Shown here: positions 31,999 through 32,000 of the stretch, one piece after another | Layout of the letters: every line of letters begins with the position of its first letter | Numbering within the stretch: position 1 is the stretch's first letter | From: Planctomycetales bacterium | GTDB lineage: Bacteria; 4484-113; JAFGCY01 | Direction of reading: 5' to 3' | Length of the DNA: 32,000 nt | Assembly (NCBI GenBank): GCA_022646745.1 | Contig: CP060262.1 | Span: 930,001 to 962,000, forward strand | Made by a program: the position numbers and the translations under genes | Notes under the pieces: generated by a model | Seen by the model: the letters and a program-made list of their open reading frames with translations, nothing else | The model's database searches: none | What the model was told of the DNA's origin: nothing

Positions 31999-32000
31999 CC

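Overview
The window is visibly GC-rich bacterial chromosomal DNA (GC not computed). All product calls come from motifs read in the supplied translations; no searches were run.

About 27 CDSs are supportable.
- Housekeeping and accessory genes: dGTPase-like HD hydrolase, aldo/keto reductase, TetR regulator, TenA/thiaminase-II, a P-loop FlaR-like kinase, LtrA-family membrane protein, a padR-emrA-emrB efflux operon, an ECF sigma factor with a coupled membrane protein, PilT, and a XerC/D-family recombinase.
- Predicted lipoproteins and secreted proteins: an unusually dense set carrying PKD, beta-propeller-repeat, dockerin-like and CAP/SCP modules.

The most interesting content is non-coding and sits in three large gene-free islands.
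1. 20216-20980. Immediately upstream of an Rsr (Ro60/TROVE+vWA) gene lies a tandem array of five paralogous Y-RNA-like stem modules. They follow two duplicated sigma70-type promoter cassettes. One module carries a complete circularly permuted tRNA mimic (YrlA-type). The last module sits in the rsr leader next to its Shine-Dalgarno sequence.
2. 30644-32000. A near-consensus promoter drives a candidate RNA of about 420 nt that is extremely hairpin-rich. It has seven GCAA-capped hairpins sharing a GUG-GCAA-CAC core, plus GAAA and UUCG loops and an intrinsic terminator. I could not match it to RNase P, tmRNA or any riboswitch I know. Mosaic repeats follow it, then a 175-bp low-GC element bounded by 15-bp perfect inverted repeats at the window edge.
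3. 16300-17481. A strongly SD-preceded 48-codon Cys/Ser/Thr-containing ORF is followed by three copies of a 21-22-nt C-rich box plus GC hairpin, then mosaic repeats and a 7x heptamer (CATCCCN) tract.

Several dispersed intergenic repeat families recur across the window: a REP-like TGCCAG..CTGGCCTCC hairpin, a TGCAGACCGTCGAG..GAGACGG unit, and purine-rich AGCAGAAGCAGAATGAGAA blocks. Long antisense ORFs in the track are judged to be GC-driven shadow ORFs.
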